Shown: piece by piece, positions 22,351 through 35,230 of the stretch | Numbering within the stretch: the first letter of the stretch is position 1 | How the letters are laid out: every line of letters starts with the position of its first letter | Assembly: GCF_004010195.1 (NCBI RefSeq) | Contig: NC_057749.1 | Location: 15,796,549 to 15,860,548 of the forward strand | Length of the DNA stretch: 64,000 nucleotides | Origin: Chiloscyllium plagiosum | Taxonomy: Eukaryota | Direction: 5' to 3' | Program-made: the position numbers and the translations under genes | The notes under the pieces: model-generated | Database searches by the model: none | The model's input: the letters and a program-made list of their open reading frames with translations, nothing else | What the model was told of the DNA's origin: nothing

Positions 22351-22959
22351 AAGTTTGAACCTGGAAAAGGAACTAAGGTGACTGCTTTGACTTTATTGCT
22401 TTAAAGAGAAGGGCAGGCAGAAAGAGAGTGTCGCATCTGTTGACTCCAGTGAGTTGGCCGTCTGCCATATCCCACTCTCCCTGGCATCCACCAGCCATGA
22501 TGGAAGTCAGTCAGTATCCATCATTATCCGCTAGTGAATATGCCAACACAGCTGCCAGTCACAGGAGGCGATGTAGCTGGAGGCTGCGATGGGTGAGCGG
22601 CCTAGACATGTACTTCATTGTAACTGACCCAGGATACAGGCAGTGGCTCATTCTACAGCTATTTCTGTTGCAAAAAAAATGTAGGGCACAAGAAAATCTG
22701 TCTGGCGTCACGTCACATCTCCAACAGAGGCGCAGCTCCACCTTCATTGACACAAGGCTCTTTCTACTTCTGTAGGAGCCAAAGCTGGAGACTGGAGTTC
22801 TGAAACAGGCTGTTCGGCCCATCCGGACCACAATACAGCTCATGTGTCTCCTCCCAGCGATCCCTCTCTGAACACCAATCGATCAACCTCACCTCTGACT
22901 TCTTCTGCTATTGTAGAGGTGAAGCTTCTAGTCAGCTGAGAGCTGACCCTGTGTTAAAC

Positions 22960-23985
22960 TATCAGATGTAGGAGGGGAAGTGGGTCATTTAGCCCATCGA
23001 GTCTGCTGAACCCCCTCCATTCCACTTTCCTGCCTTATCCGCATATTTATTCCCTTACTGATCAAAATACTGTTTATCTCAACCTTGACTATACTTAGAT
23101 TAGATTAGATTACTTACAGTGTGGAAACAGGCCCTTCGGCCCAACAAGTCCACACCGCCCCGCCGAAGCACAACCCACCCATATCCCTACATTTACCCCT
23201 TACCTAGCACTACAGGCAATTTAGCATGGCCAATTCACCTGACCTGCACATCTTCGTGACTGTGGGAGGAAACCGGAGTACCCGGAGGAAACCCACGCAG
23301 ACACGGGGAGAACGTGCAAACTCCACACAGTCAGTCGCCTGAGGCAGGAATTGAACCCGGGTCTCTGGTGCTGTGAGGCAGCAGTGCTAACCACTGTGCC
23401 ACCGTGCCGCCCTTAGCGCAACATAAATGGCCCTCTGTTGCAAAAAAAAATTCATAGATTTACCACCCTCTGAGAGAACAAATTCCTCCTCATCTCTAAC
23501 TTAAAAGAATAAGCCCTTATTCTGTGATTATTCCCTCTGGTCCTAGACTGTCCTGCATAAGTAAACACCCTCTCCGTGTTCACCCTGTCAGGCCCTGAAG
23601 AATCTTTTAATAAGGTCACCTCTCATTCTTCTAAGCTCCAATGAGCCAACTTACTCAACCTTACCTCATAAGACAGTCCTCCAAACTTTGAATTGACCAA
23701 CTGAACCTGGACTGTTTTCAATACCAGAGTATATTTTCTTAGGGAAGGAGACTTCACAGTATTCCAGCTGTGGTCTGACTAGTATACTAGCACAACCTCC
23801 CTACTTTTATGCATTCCCCTTGAGATGAAGGCCAGCACTCCATTTGCTTTCCCTACTACCCACCTGCTGAACTTGGATGCTGAATTTGTGTGATTCTTGA
23901 ACAAGAATCCCAATCTGCTCTGTTCTGTAAATTCCTGCAATCTGTCTCAATTTTAAATAATATTCAGCTCCTCTATTATTCTGAC
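22960..23985 (-). mobile_element. Decayed CR1 LINE, interrupted by an HE1 SINE
   Basis: CATTTAGCCCATCGAGTCTGC tail; AAATTCCTCCTCATCTCT..TATTCCAGCTGTGGTCTGACTAG (reverse LVRPQLEY). Confidence 0.75.
23095..23412 (-). mobile_element. HE1-type SINE (full length)
   Basis: (TTAGA)n tail through GTGCCACCGTGCCGCCC head. Confidence 0.95.
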
Positions 23986-23987
23986 CT

Positions 23988-25052
23988 TCAGGCCTAACAT
24001 ACGATGAGCGGCTGAGGATCCTGGGATTGTATTCATTAGAGTTTAGAAGGTTGAGGGGAGATCTAATAGAAACTTACAAGATATTGCATGGCTTAGAAAG
24101 GATGGACCCTGGGAAGTTGTTTCCGTCAGGCAGGGAGACTCGGACCCATGGGCACATTAGAGGGGGTCAAGTTAGAACGGAAATGAGGAGACATTTCTTC
24201 AGCCAGAGAGTGGTGGGCCTGTGGAATTCATTGCTACGGAGCTCAGTGGAGGCCGGGACGCTAAATGTCTTCAAGGCAGAGATTGATAAACTCTTAATCT
24301 CACAAGGAATTAAGGGCTAAGGGGAGAGTGCAGGTAAGTGGAATTGAAAAGTCTATCAACCATGATTGGGCCAAATGGCCTTGCTTCCACTACTATTTCT
24401 TTTGGTGTTAAGGACCAAAGTGTAAAATCTCACATTTTCCAACAACAGCTGGGGTTGTTTTCTCGGGAGCAGCGGAGGCTGAGGGGAGACTTTATAGCAA
24501 TCTCTAGAATTATGAGATGTATAGATAGAGTTGACAGTCAGAATCTTTTCTTTCGCAGAGTTGAAATGTCTAAAACTAGGGGGGGGGGGGCATGTATTTA
24601 AGGCGAGAGGGGGTAAGTTCAAAGGAGATGTGAGGGGCAAGTTTTTTTTACACTGGCAAAGGGATAGGAGTCTGGAACACACTGACATGGGTAGGTGGTG
24701 GAGGCAGATACGATAGGGGCATTTAAGGGGCTTTTAGATAAGCCCATGAATATGCAAGGAATGGAAGGATATGGACCAAGGGCAGGCAGAAGGGATTAGT
24801 TTAATTTGGCATCATGTTTGGCATAACACCTTGAGGAGAAAGTGAGGACTGCAGATGCTGGAGATCAGAGCTGAAAATGTGTTGCTGGAAAAGCGCAGCA
24901 GGTCAGGCAGCATCCAAGGAACAGGAGAATCGACGTTTCGGGCATAAGGGCTTATGCCCGAAACGTCGATTCTCCTGTTCCCTGGATGCTGCCTTCCGAT
25001 AACACCATGAGCCAAAGGGCCTGTTCCTGTGCTCTACTGTTCTATGTTCTAT
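23988..25052 (+). mobile_element. Two tandem CR1/HER1 3' fragments (23988-24408 and 24445-25052)
   Basis: [48 protein letters not shown]; tail TTCTATGTTCTAT. Confidence 0.88.
24831..24998. mobile_element. Palindromic Penelope-like insertion in a CR1 3'UTR
   Basis: 44-bp arms 24905-24948 and 24951-24994 (1 mismatch); TSD ATAACACC at 24823-24830 and 24999-25006. Confidence 0.85.
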
Positions 25053-26061
25053 TATAATCTATCTGCTAAGTTTTTACCCATTCACTTAACCTGTTTATAT
25101 CCCTTGGGACTCTGTATCATCCTCACCACTTGCTTTCCCAAAAAATCCACAAACTTGGTGACAGTACATTCACTTCCCTCATCCAAGCCAATGAATTGTG
25201 GCTCCAACACTAATCCCTGTGACACTCCACCAGTTTCTATTTTGTAAATGTTTCCAATTCTGTCTTTTCTATTAGAATGGATAGGGGATTGACTAACTAA
25301 AATACCACCCCCAAAACAGTTCCTTTATCTTATGAAGCAGCCTTACATTCGGTGAATATCAAAAGCCATTGGAGATCCAAATATATTGCATCTGTTGGCT
25401 CCCCTTTATCCACCAGTAGGGAGGCTAGTTGATTCGGGATGTGAGAGTTGAGTGGCCTTAAATGGCCATTAAGTGACTGTTCAAGATCCTTCAATTCTGG
25501 CATGTCCTGAGCGTCTCCCATAGACCTTCTCATCCAGTTCTTAATTACTACAGTTTGGACAAATGAGTGAGGCACCCTCTCCTTTATTGTCCCTTCTCTT
25601 TTGCCACCTCCAGGAAAGGAGGGGGACAATCCTCCCTCTTGCTTTCCCCAGGGTGGTTGACTCTGGTCTCAGGAATGAGCTGAGCAGCTCCTGCATTGTT
25701 TGAGGTAAAGGAAGGGTCCTTGCCTGGTGTTCTCTACTGTACTTAGGAATAGACAATAAATGCAGTCTTTGTCAATGATGCCTACATCCCCAGGATGAAT
25801 TTTAAAACTGTTCACTCCCACGGTGCCAGCCCGCAACACAGCGGATTCACTGAAATTGGCTGCTGTGAGGTCTTTGTGATTACAGTCCTGGGAGGTCTCC
25901 CATCTAGGGGGGTATCCAGCTCACACCATCCACCAGCCCCCCTCCTCCCCAACAAAATAAATCACAGCACAAAACTTTTGTCACTCATAGAGTCATACAG
26001 TACAGGAATAGACCCTTTGGTCCAACTCATCCATACCGACCAAGTTTCCCAAAGTGAACAG

Positions 26062-26380
26062 TACGGTGGCCCTGCACTGCTGCCTCACAGCACCAGGGAC
26101 CCGCTTTCAATCCTTGCCTCGGGCGACTCTCTGTGCGGAGTTTGCATATTCTCTCTGTGGCTGTGTGGATTTCCTCCGGGTACTCCGGTTTCCTCCCACA
26201 ATCCAATGATTTGCAGCTTAGGTGAATTGGCCATGTTAAATTACCCGTAGTGTTAGGTGCATTAGTCAGGGGTAAATATAAGGTGGGGGATTGGGTCTGG
26301 GTGGGTTGCTCTTCGGAGGGTCGGTGTGGACTTGTCGGGCCAAAGGGCCCGTTTCCATACTATAGGGTATCTAATCTAAA
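26062..26380 (+). mobile_element. HE1-type SINE nested in a reverse CR1 tail
   Basis: GCACTGCTGCCTCACAGCACCAGGGACC..CTAATCTAA; CR1 tail pieces at 25985-26058 and 26385-26420. Confidence 0.9.
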
Positions 26381-27630
26381 CTACCGTAGTCCCTATATTT
26401 GGCCCATATCCCTCTAAGCTTTTCTGATGAGCATCTCTGGCAAGTCCAGAACTTTCTGCCCATCCCTAAATGCCCTCGAGAAGGCAGTGGGACATGGCCA
26501 GAATGGTGGTGAACTCGTCAATTGGTCACCTGGATGCAGCTGCAGGGTGTGAAATTCTTAAATCAATAAATAGTTTTGCATTAACTTTGAGTGCAAAGTT
26601 TATCGATGATATTGTCAATGCAGGGCAGTGGTTGAACTGGGTGGGTGCTTGCTAAAGTGGAACCTCCAGGAGTTGGGGAAGGGGCACCGGGAGTGATCAG
26701 TGAGGCGGCCAATCTCCAAACGGGGGGCTTATCAATGTTCTCTCATCGAGATGTTACTACATACAGCTCTGATACAAGGTGGGACACTACCACTGCACTA
26801 CAAAGCAATAGTTACCAAAGCTGGACCTTTAGTGTCTCTACCTGGTTTTGACCTTCTGCGTGTGATGTGATGTTACATTACAGAGACACAGCAGATGGAA
26901 GCTTATCAACACATTGTGTTCAGCTGATTTTCAAAGCACACCTTGGAGATTTACAGAATCACGGAAGTGTTACAGAGCCGAAGGAGGCTATTTGGGCCCA
27001 TCGTGCTTGCACTGACTCTCCAAACGAGCATTGTTACCTCATGCCAATCTCCTACGATTCCCCCATTTCCTTGCACATGATTTCTATCCAAATAATTTCC
27101 CAACGCCTGTTCAAGTGCCTCAGTTGAATTTCAAAGTAAGGATTAAAACAATTCTTAAATCAATTCTAATTTCTTATTCTTCACTTCATTAAGATGTTCT
27201 GTCAGTCTCCACAGGACCCATGATTCAATGACTCATCGCTTTAGAATCAGATTCGGAGGAACTCGTTTCAACAGGAGGAGCTGTCAAATCTTATTTATTT
27301 TTAGTGTCTGATAAAATATGCCTTCATAAGGTCTAATTGTTAAAGATAACCTGCCAAAATTCACATCCCACACGACCATCCACCCACTTCATCCATACTC
27401 ACACCAGGCTCCTGTACCTCGGGCATGAAGGTGACAGAACCTCTTCCAGACTCAAACAGAAACTTTTGGAAAATTTCAACAGGGCAGTCAGCATCAGAAA
27501 GGGAAAGGTGAATATTTCAGGTGGGAGTGTTTAAGATTCTTAGTAGAGGATTGAGAGGAATTTGAACAGTTTTTGGGGGATCAGGTGTAAAACTGGTTTT
27601 GCTTCAAACTTGAGATTATCTGTGGTACGG

Positions 27631-27958
27631 TCAGCGCTGAGGGGTGCTGCACTGTCAAAGGGTCAGTGCTGAGGGAGTGTCACACTGTTGAAGGGTCAGT
27701 GCTGAGGGAGTGCTGCACTGTCAAAGGGTCAGTGCTGAGGGAGTGTCACACTGTTTTAAAGGTCATTGCTGAGGGAGCGCTGCACTGTCAGAGAGTCAGT
27801 GCTGAGGGAGCGCTGCACTGTCAGAGGGTCAGTGCGGAGGGAGCGTCACACTGTCGAAGGGTCAATGCTGAGGGAGCACCGCACTGTAGGAGAGTCAGTG
27901 CTGAGGGAGTGCTGCACTGTCAGAGGGGCAGTGCTGAGGGAGCACCGCACTGTCAGGG
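27631..27958 (+). repeat. 33-bp minisatellite (Deu-SINE-core-like unit), ~10 copies
   Basis: Unit GGGTCAGTGCTGAGGGAGTGCTGCACTGTCAGA. Confidence 0.93.
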
Positions 27959-28757
27959 TGTAGGAATAGAATATGGAATACGAATAGGGAATGTTCTGTA
28001 CAGAAACCTGGGCAATATTTATCCTTGAAACGCAAATAACTGATTGTGTGGCCATTATCTGGTTGCTGTTTGTGAGAACCTGCTGTGAGCCTGCACTTCA
28101 AAAAGTATCTAACTGGCTGAGACGCCTCCAGACCTCCTGAGGTTGTGAAAGGCATTAACAAAATGCAAATGCTTCCATTTGTATCTTCCAATAGTAATGT
28201 TAAGTGTAACCCTTTGTTTCTAATTCGCAAACTCATGAAAATAACACCGTGTCAGAATTTGTACTTTTTAATGATATCCTTTTAATGATTAAGGAAGCAA
28301 AATGCTAGACTGTTTGCGTTCTCATGAGAGACAAGAAATTAAGGGTGAGTTCAGCAAACTTGGGGATGAACTATCTTAATTAGTGTGGAATTAAATACTG
28401 CTAACAGCAATATTGCACTGACATAGCTGAGTGTAACACATCTCAATAATCCCTTATTTTAAAGACTAATTAATTCAAATATATTCTAAACAGTTCCTCT
28501 TTATACAGTTAATTATTTTTAATGAAATCTAATCTTTAGCAAAAAACAAATCTAATTTTATTGTAAAATATTTGATTAAAACTATTGGGATAAACCTTAA
28601 GCAGATAATCAGCTGTACATGAATGAATACATTTTGAAAGGGTTACTATTTGTAATGGTTAACTCAATACAGGAATGTATTTTTCATTATTAAACTGTGG
28701 GCTTGTTGGAGAAGGAATTACAATGCTAGGGAGGAGAAATCCTGCTCACATATTGGC

Positions 28758-28903
28758 AACTCCCAGGACAGAGACAGCACGGAGTTAGATACAGAGTAAA
28801 GCTCTCTGTACACTGTCCCCCATCAAACACTCCCAGGACAGGGACAGCACAGGGTTAGATACAGAGTAAAGCTCCCTCTACACTGCCCTGATCAAACACT
28901 CCT
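28758..28903 (+). repeat. Two copies of the 70-bp satellite unit
   Basis: GGACAGGGACAGCACAGGGTTAGATACAGAGTAAAGCTC, as in 31297-32465. Confidence 0.9.
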
Positions 28904-28959
28904 ACTTCTGATGATCTGATAGACAGACTGGCCTATACCAGCTGGTGTTTAGAAAAATA

Positions 28960-29735
28960 AAGTCCTGAGGAGTCTTGATGGGGAGAATGTGGAGGGAACA
29001 AAGGGTCACTGTTTAAAAAATCAGGGCCACTCATTTAAAACGCACGAGGCAAAATATTTTCTCTCTGAGCATCTTTGGAATCTCTTTATCCAAAAGCAGT
29101 GGTAATGAGGGGTATAGGCAGAGTTGATGGGAGTTGTCTTTTCCCTAGCTCGAGGGATTTCAAGACCAAGGGACACATCTTTAAGGTGAGAGGAGAGAGA
29201 TTTAAAAAGGACACGAGGGGCAAATGTTTTACCCAGAGGGTGGTTTGTGTGTGGAATGAACTTCCTTAGGAAGTAGTGGATGTGGGCACAGTGACAACGT
29301 TTAAAAAACATTTGGGTAAATACATGGATAGGAAAGGTTTGGAGGGTTTTGGCCCAGGAGCAGGCAGGTGGGACTAGTTGAGTTTGGGATTATGTTCAGC
29401 GTGGACTGGTTGGTCAGAAGGGTCTGTTTCTGTCCTGTGTGACTCTAAGTAGAGTCTTTAAATGTTTTCAAGACAAGGGTAGATAGATTCAAAGAACAGT
29501 GAGGTGAAGGTTATCGGGGAGTAGGCTCTCGGCCTTTATTCCTGATGAAGGGCTTTTGCCCGAAACGTCGATTTTGCTGCTCCTTGGATGCTGCCTGAAC
29601 TGCTGTGCTCTTCCAGCACCACTAATCCAAAAGGTGGGATGTGGAGTTGAGTTGACAATCAGATCATCTATGACCTTATTGAACAGTGAGACAGGCTGGA
29701 GGGACTAACAGCCCATTCCTGCTCCTGATTTGTGC
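28960..29735 (+). mobile_element. Nested CR1 3' fragments (younger copy 29100-29447)
   Basis: MRGIGRVDGSCLFP..FKVRGERFKKDTRGKCFTQRVVCVWNELP; 3'UTR tails. Confidence 0.85.
29530..29629 (+). mobile_element. Penelope-like fragment with an intact hammerhead core (29542-29569)
   Basis: CTGATGA-A-GGGC TTTT GCCC-GAAA-CGTC, identical to 840-867. Confidence 0.8.
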
Positions 29736-31296
29736 TCTGAGCTGAATTCACTTTGATACATTATGTACTTGCTCAGTGCCCACGAGGTTTACACCTCACT
29801 CAGTAATAACAGATGCTGATGGCAAATGAGGTAAATCCCAGAGTTAATGGTTATTATATTTACTTTACATCTGACAGCTAGCACAAAAAATTAGTTTGAA
29901 ATTGCCGGGGGCAGGAGTCGGCTTCATCATTTGATGAATCACCTTATTGAATTCCGAAATTGTCCGTGCAATGATTGACTTCGGAACAAACAGCAGAAAG
30001 AATTGCAGGGGTGGAGATTAGGTAGGTGGAGGGCTTTAGGGAGGGAATTCCGGTGCTAAGGCAATGATAGTTGGTGGCTATGGTGAGGGTGAGGGGTGGG
30101 TTGGAGTGGCCAGCGGAAATACAGGAAAGCTGCATTCTTACTTTTGAAGAGACAGATGACAAGTTCGAATAACACGTCTACGAATCACATTCAGATGTTT
30201 TATCACATTGGACTCAAATGTGGAGGCTCTCCTTTATCTCGTGACATGTGAGGCCGAGACAGGGAGTGCTGGAATAAGTTACTTGTGTAAGGAAAATCAC
30301 TCTACATCAAAGCAGGAATCTGAGTAGGGATCGCTCCAGCACTTACTGCCTCCTACTGGTGTGTGTTGGAAGGGTTTACAAGTTGATCCTCAGTTTGTTT
30401 GTCAGTGTTAAGGTGTCCCTTCCTTGGCTGAAGTGGGATTTGAACCCAGTGTCCCTGACTCCGAGACAGGGACACCGCTATCCCACCTCACCACAAGGAC
30501 TCCACCAGAGCAAGGCACTGAAATACACTTCAGGGAATTATATTCGAGGGAACCACTTCTTGATATTTCTCAACCATTGCCAATGAAACCCAACATTGGC
30601 AAAGGTAAACAGTAAGGATGGGGGTATACCATTCTCTGCACATGGTGGATATAAATGACTTCGGACTGTGCCTTCAAACCCTGTGTGGGAGCTTCACTCT
30701 GTGCTGAGTCAGTCTGTTTGCTTTCTTTATAGATTGTTGCAGATTTCTCCCCCTGCTCTGTAGGTTTGAAGATGGCCATGAGTATGTAATGAATAATGTA
30801 CAAACCGCAGAGATGGAGAGATTGCATAAAAACCATGATCTCATGTTATCTGAGCTTGGTGGGTAATGGAACAATCTATACATGTTTCCATTAGTGCATG
30901 CATTAACAAGTGATATCAAAAGCTGGAAAATGCAGCATCCCCAAGGGTTGGACAGTCTGTCTCTGTGGTAAAGGACAGAAATAATCTTCTTCTTAACTTC
31001 AGATGAGAACATTAGGAATTGGGAGCAGGAATAAATCCCACAGCTCCTTGGGCCTGATAGCCATGATCGTACAGAACAGGGTGACTTTCTTTCCTGGTCC
31101 CCTAGTGGAGACACTGCCTGTACATAGGGTAGTAACATTCATAAAGGGTTCACTAGCACAGGGCAGACGGACTTCAGAAGCACCAGCAGAAACTCACCTC
31201 CAGGTTTGCTGTGGTATTGAAAAGACATGGCCAAACTCTAAGGCCAGGGTCACCACGACAAGCAGATCCTATTGGACAGTTAGAGCCTTGAAAACT

Positions 31297-32465
31297 TCCA
31301 GGACAGGGACGCACGGGGTTAGATACAGAGTAAAGCTTTCTCTACACTGTCCCCATCAAACACTACCAGGGACAGGGACAGCACGGGGTAAGATACAGAG
31401 TAAAGCTTTCTCTACACTGTCCCCATCAAACACTCCCAGGGACAGGGACAGTACGGGGTCAGATACAGAGTAAAGCTCTCTCTACACTGTCCCCCATCAA
31501 ACACTCCCAGGACAGGGACAGGACGGCGTTAGATACAGAGTAAAGCTCTCTGTACACTGTCCCCCATCAAACACTCCCAGAGACAGGGACAGTTTGGGGT
31601 TAGATACAGAGTAAAGCTCCGTCTACACTGTCCCCCATCAAACACTCCCAGGACAGGGACAACACAGGGTTAGATACAGAGTAAAGCTTTCTCTACACCG
31701 CCCCCATCAAACACTACCAGGATAGGGACAGTTCGGGGTTAGATACAGAGTAAAGCTCTCTCTACACTGTCCCCCATCAAACACTACCAGGGACAGGGAC
31801 AGCACGGGGTTAGATACAGAGTAAAGCTCTCTCTACACTGTCCCCCATCAAACACTACCAGGATAGGGATAGTTCAGGGTTAGATACAGAGTAAAGCTCT
31901 CTCTACACTGTCCCCCATCAAACACTCCCAGGAACAGGGACAGTTTGGGGTTAGATACAGAGTAAAGCTCTCTCTACACTGTCCCCCATCAAACACTCCC
32001 AGGGACAGGGACAGTACAGGGTTAGATACAGAGTAAAGCTCCTTCTACACTGTCCCCCATCAAACATTTCCAGGACAGGGAGAGCACAGGGTTAGATATA
32101 GAGTAAAGCTCCTTCTACACTGTCCCCCATCAAACACTCCCAGGGACAGGGACAGAACAGGGTTAGATACAGAGTAAAGCTCTCTCTATACTATCCCCCA
32201 TCAAACATTCCCATCACAAGGACAGCACAGGAATAGATACAGAGTAAAGCTCCCTCTACATTGTCCCCATCAGACAATCCCAGGACAGAGACAGCACGGG
32301 GTTAGATACAGAGTAAAGCTCCCTCTACACTGTCCCCATTAAACAATCCCTGGACAGAGACAGCACGGGGTTAGATACAGAGTAAAGCTTCCTCTACACT
32401 GTCCCCATTAAACAATCCCAGGACAGAGACAGCACGGGGTTAGGTACAGAGTAAAGCTTCCTCTG
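31297..32465 (+). repeat. ~70-bp minisatellite, ~16-17 copies
   Basis: Unit GGACAGGGACAGCACGGGGTTAGATACAGAGTAAAGCTCTCTCTACACTGTCCCCCATCAAACACTCCCA. Confidence 0.97.
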
Positions 32466-34276
32466 CAGTATTTATAACAGATGATTAATCAGAAGCCTGC
32501 ACCCACTGCATCAGTTTAATTATCCCATGTCTGAGGCCAACCAGCAGGACACACAATGAGGAGGACACGATCAATCAAACCGGTTTATTTAGTCTGGTCC
32601 GGAAGGAGCTCAGTTACAGATTGAAAACTCCTTTGGGCCTGTATAAAAGTTAGTCCCAGGCACTGCCACAAGAATCCTCACCTAGGCCTGTGAGTAAGAG
32701 AGCATTAAACAAATCTCTGCGTATCAGACTGCACAGTGTGCCTGACATCTGCTCGAGATTCTTCTGCACTGCAGCCAAGTGCAGTGTTCCTGCTTCAGTG
32801 CACTGCAGTATTAAACTTACAAATGAATATGTATCAGTGGCCACAGGCTTATGGAGCCTGAAGCCAGGAGATGATAGGATTGAGCACGTCCGATTACTCA
32901 GGGATAGGCTGTGCCCAGTAATTGAACTTTATTGATTATTTACCCCCTTCTTTGCTGTCGCGTGTGAAATGCTGACTCACCAACAACTGTCTACTTTTTT
33001 TTCATGAGATTCAGAAGCAGAGTAAGAAGGTTTTTTTTTTAAGCACAGGAAGCTATGTATTAGATGGGAGAAAACAATGTATTGCTGAAATAGAAAGTTC
33101 TGGAAATTCAGCAGGTCTGACAATATGTGTGTCAGAGACGCAAGGTTAAATTTAATCAGACTTTTCCAGTGGAACTGAAAATTGTTGGGATGTATAGAAC
33201 CAATTTACATCCTTCCAAACAAGAGTTGTATCATGTTAGTTTTCCATTTGTATAACGTATCTGTTCAGTTGTCTCACACCTCTGCGTACCTATGTTTTCT
33301 CCATGTCACTCCCTTTGACCAGGAGCACATGTATGTCACAACAGATTATTGCCAACCCTCAGTCAACAAGAAAAAGCTTACATTTGCATAGCGCCTTCAA
33401 TCTAACAGAACTTCCCAAGGTTTCTCTTGGGTGTGTTGGCATCATGCCATATAAGGAGAGGTCAGATGCTATAAAATTAGGGGGAGTAGTTTCAAGCTGA
33501 CAATTCAAAGGCTAAGAGGAGGATTGTGGAGAATATGTTTCACCCAGAGGGAAGTTGGACTCTAGCCTGAAAGTGTGGTTGGGTCAGAAACACAGGTAAC
33601 ACAGTATTAAAATATTCATTTGCATTTCCCTAGCCTGTGGGGCAAGAGCTGGAAGATGGGATCAGTGTAACTGGCCAGTACAGACATGAAGGGCTGAACA
33701 GCCTCCTTCTAAACATCTACCAGAAGGTCAGTCAAAGGCATAGGGTTTCAAGGAGTGTCTTAACGGGGAAGGGGAGTGAAGCAGGGAGATGGAGAGCTGT
33801 AGGGAGGGAATTCCAGGGCTTGGGACACAGTTGGCTGAGAGTATGTCCATCACTGGTGGAGACATGAAAACCCGAGTCCGCTCAAGAGGCTAGAATGGAG
33901 AAGTGCTGCTATCTCAGAGGATAGAGGGAGATTACAGAGATAGGGAAGGCCAAGGGTGAGAAAGTTAAAATGAAGTCATTGCTTGACCTACAGTGCTCTC
34001 ATTGCAATGTCTGTCCCCGTTCTGCTGTTCACTTCAGCCCAGGCTTTTTCAGAGCTGCACAGTGTGATCCAGTCCCTAACTGCAGGGGACCACTTTACAG
34101 AGATAAAGAATATCAGCCCAGGAGGAAGCAGCTTTCAGATCCTGTGGCATTAATCCGTCTTGTCAACCCACTCCAGACTGGTAAACATAAAACCCATTTT
34201 CTGCCGCGCTTTCTCTCTGTCTGTTCCCCTTCCTCCCTTTCAGGTTAAACCTGTCTCCCTCTCTTCTCTCAACTTC

Positions 34277-34582
34277 TCATAGAATCCTTACAGTGTTGGT
34301 CAGGCCATTTGTTTCATCAAGCCCACGCCGACCCTCTGAAGAGCATCCTACCCAGTCCCTCTCCTCAACAGCCCTGCATTTTCCGTGGCGAATCCACCTA
34401 GCCTGGACACTGAGCAGTTTAGCATGGCCAATCCATCTAACCTGCACATCTTTGGATTGTGGGAGGAAACCAGAGCAAACCCATGCAGACACGGGGAGAA
34501 TGTATAAACTCCACACAGACAGTCGCCCGAGGCTGGAATCGAACCTGGGTCCCTGGTGCTGTGAGGCAGCAGTGCTAACCAG
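34277..34582 (-). mobile_element. HE1-type SINE
   Basis: CATAGAATCC tail; GAACCTGGGTCCCTGGTGCTGTGAGGCAGCAGTGCTAACC head. Confidence 0.9.
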
Positions 34583-34825
34583 TGAGTCATTAATCTCACT
34601 CAGGTCATCTCTTTCTTTCTCTCTGCTTCACATACTTAATAAGCCTGTTTCACTTTCTCTGCCTCCAATGTCACTCTCCACTATAACCCCAAGCCTTTCC
34701 ATCTCTCTTTCTCCCCCCCTTCATCCTCCCACTCCCTCAGCTTTCCTCTCTCTCTCTCTCTCTCTGTCTGCTCTTTATCTTCCTTCCCTCTTTCTTTCAT
34801 CCTGCCTCTACCACCCTCTCCTTCC

Positions 34826-35141
34826 TAAAGGAAAAGTCACCATACTCCCAGAGGACCATGGGGCTGCTCTCACATTTGAGGGAGAGGGAGAGATGACTGG
34901 TGGTGTTTTAACCTGAGGGTGACCACTCCTCAGGCAAGGGGAGAGATTGAGAAGGTGGGACCATCATGGTAACCTCAGCCTGATGCAGGAATTGAACCTC
35001 TGCTGTTGACATCACTCTGCATCAAAAATCTAACCATCCAGCCAACTGAGCTATTCCTGAAGAATTTCCTGTTCCCTGGATGCTGCCTGACCTGCTGCGC
35101 TTTTCCAGTAACACATTTTCAGCAACTGAGCTAGCCAACCT
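34826..35141 (-). mobile_element. tRNA-derived SINE (non-HE1 family) with a Penelope-like fragment (35054-35122) inserted in its A box
   Basis: Minus-strand head GCTAGCTCAGTTGG..GGTTCAATTCC; insertion flanked by the TSD CAACTGAGCTA at 35043-35053 and 35123-35133. Confidence 0.7.
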
Positions 35142-35230
35142 ACTCTACCTTTCCTTCTGACATGTGGCTGAAATGTATATTTTTTTTGAAATTTTGGATC
35201 AACTACAAGTGCGATCATATCCGGAGACCC

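Noticed and set aside
31297..32465. CRISPR-like regular array
   Set aside because: Contiguous tandem units with no unique spacers, no cas genes and a vertebrate context.
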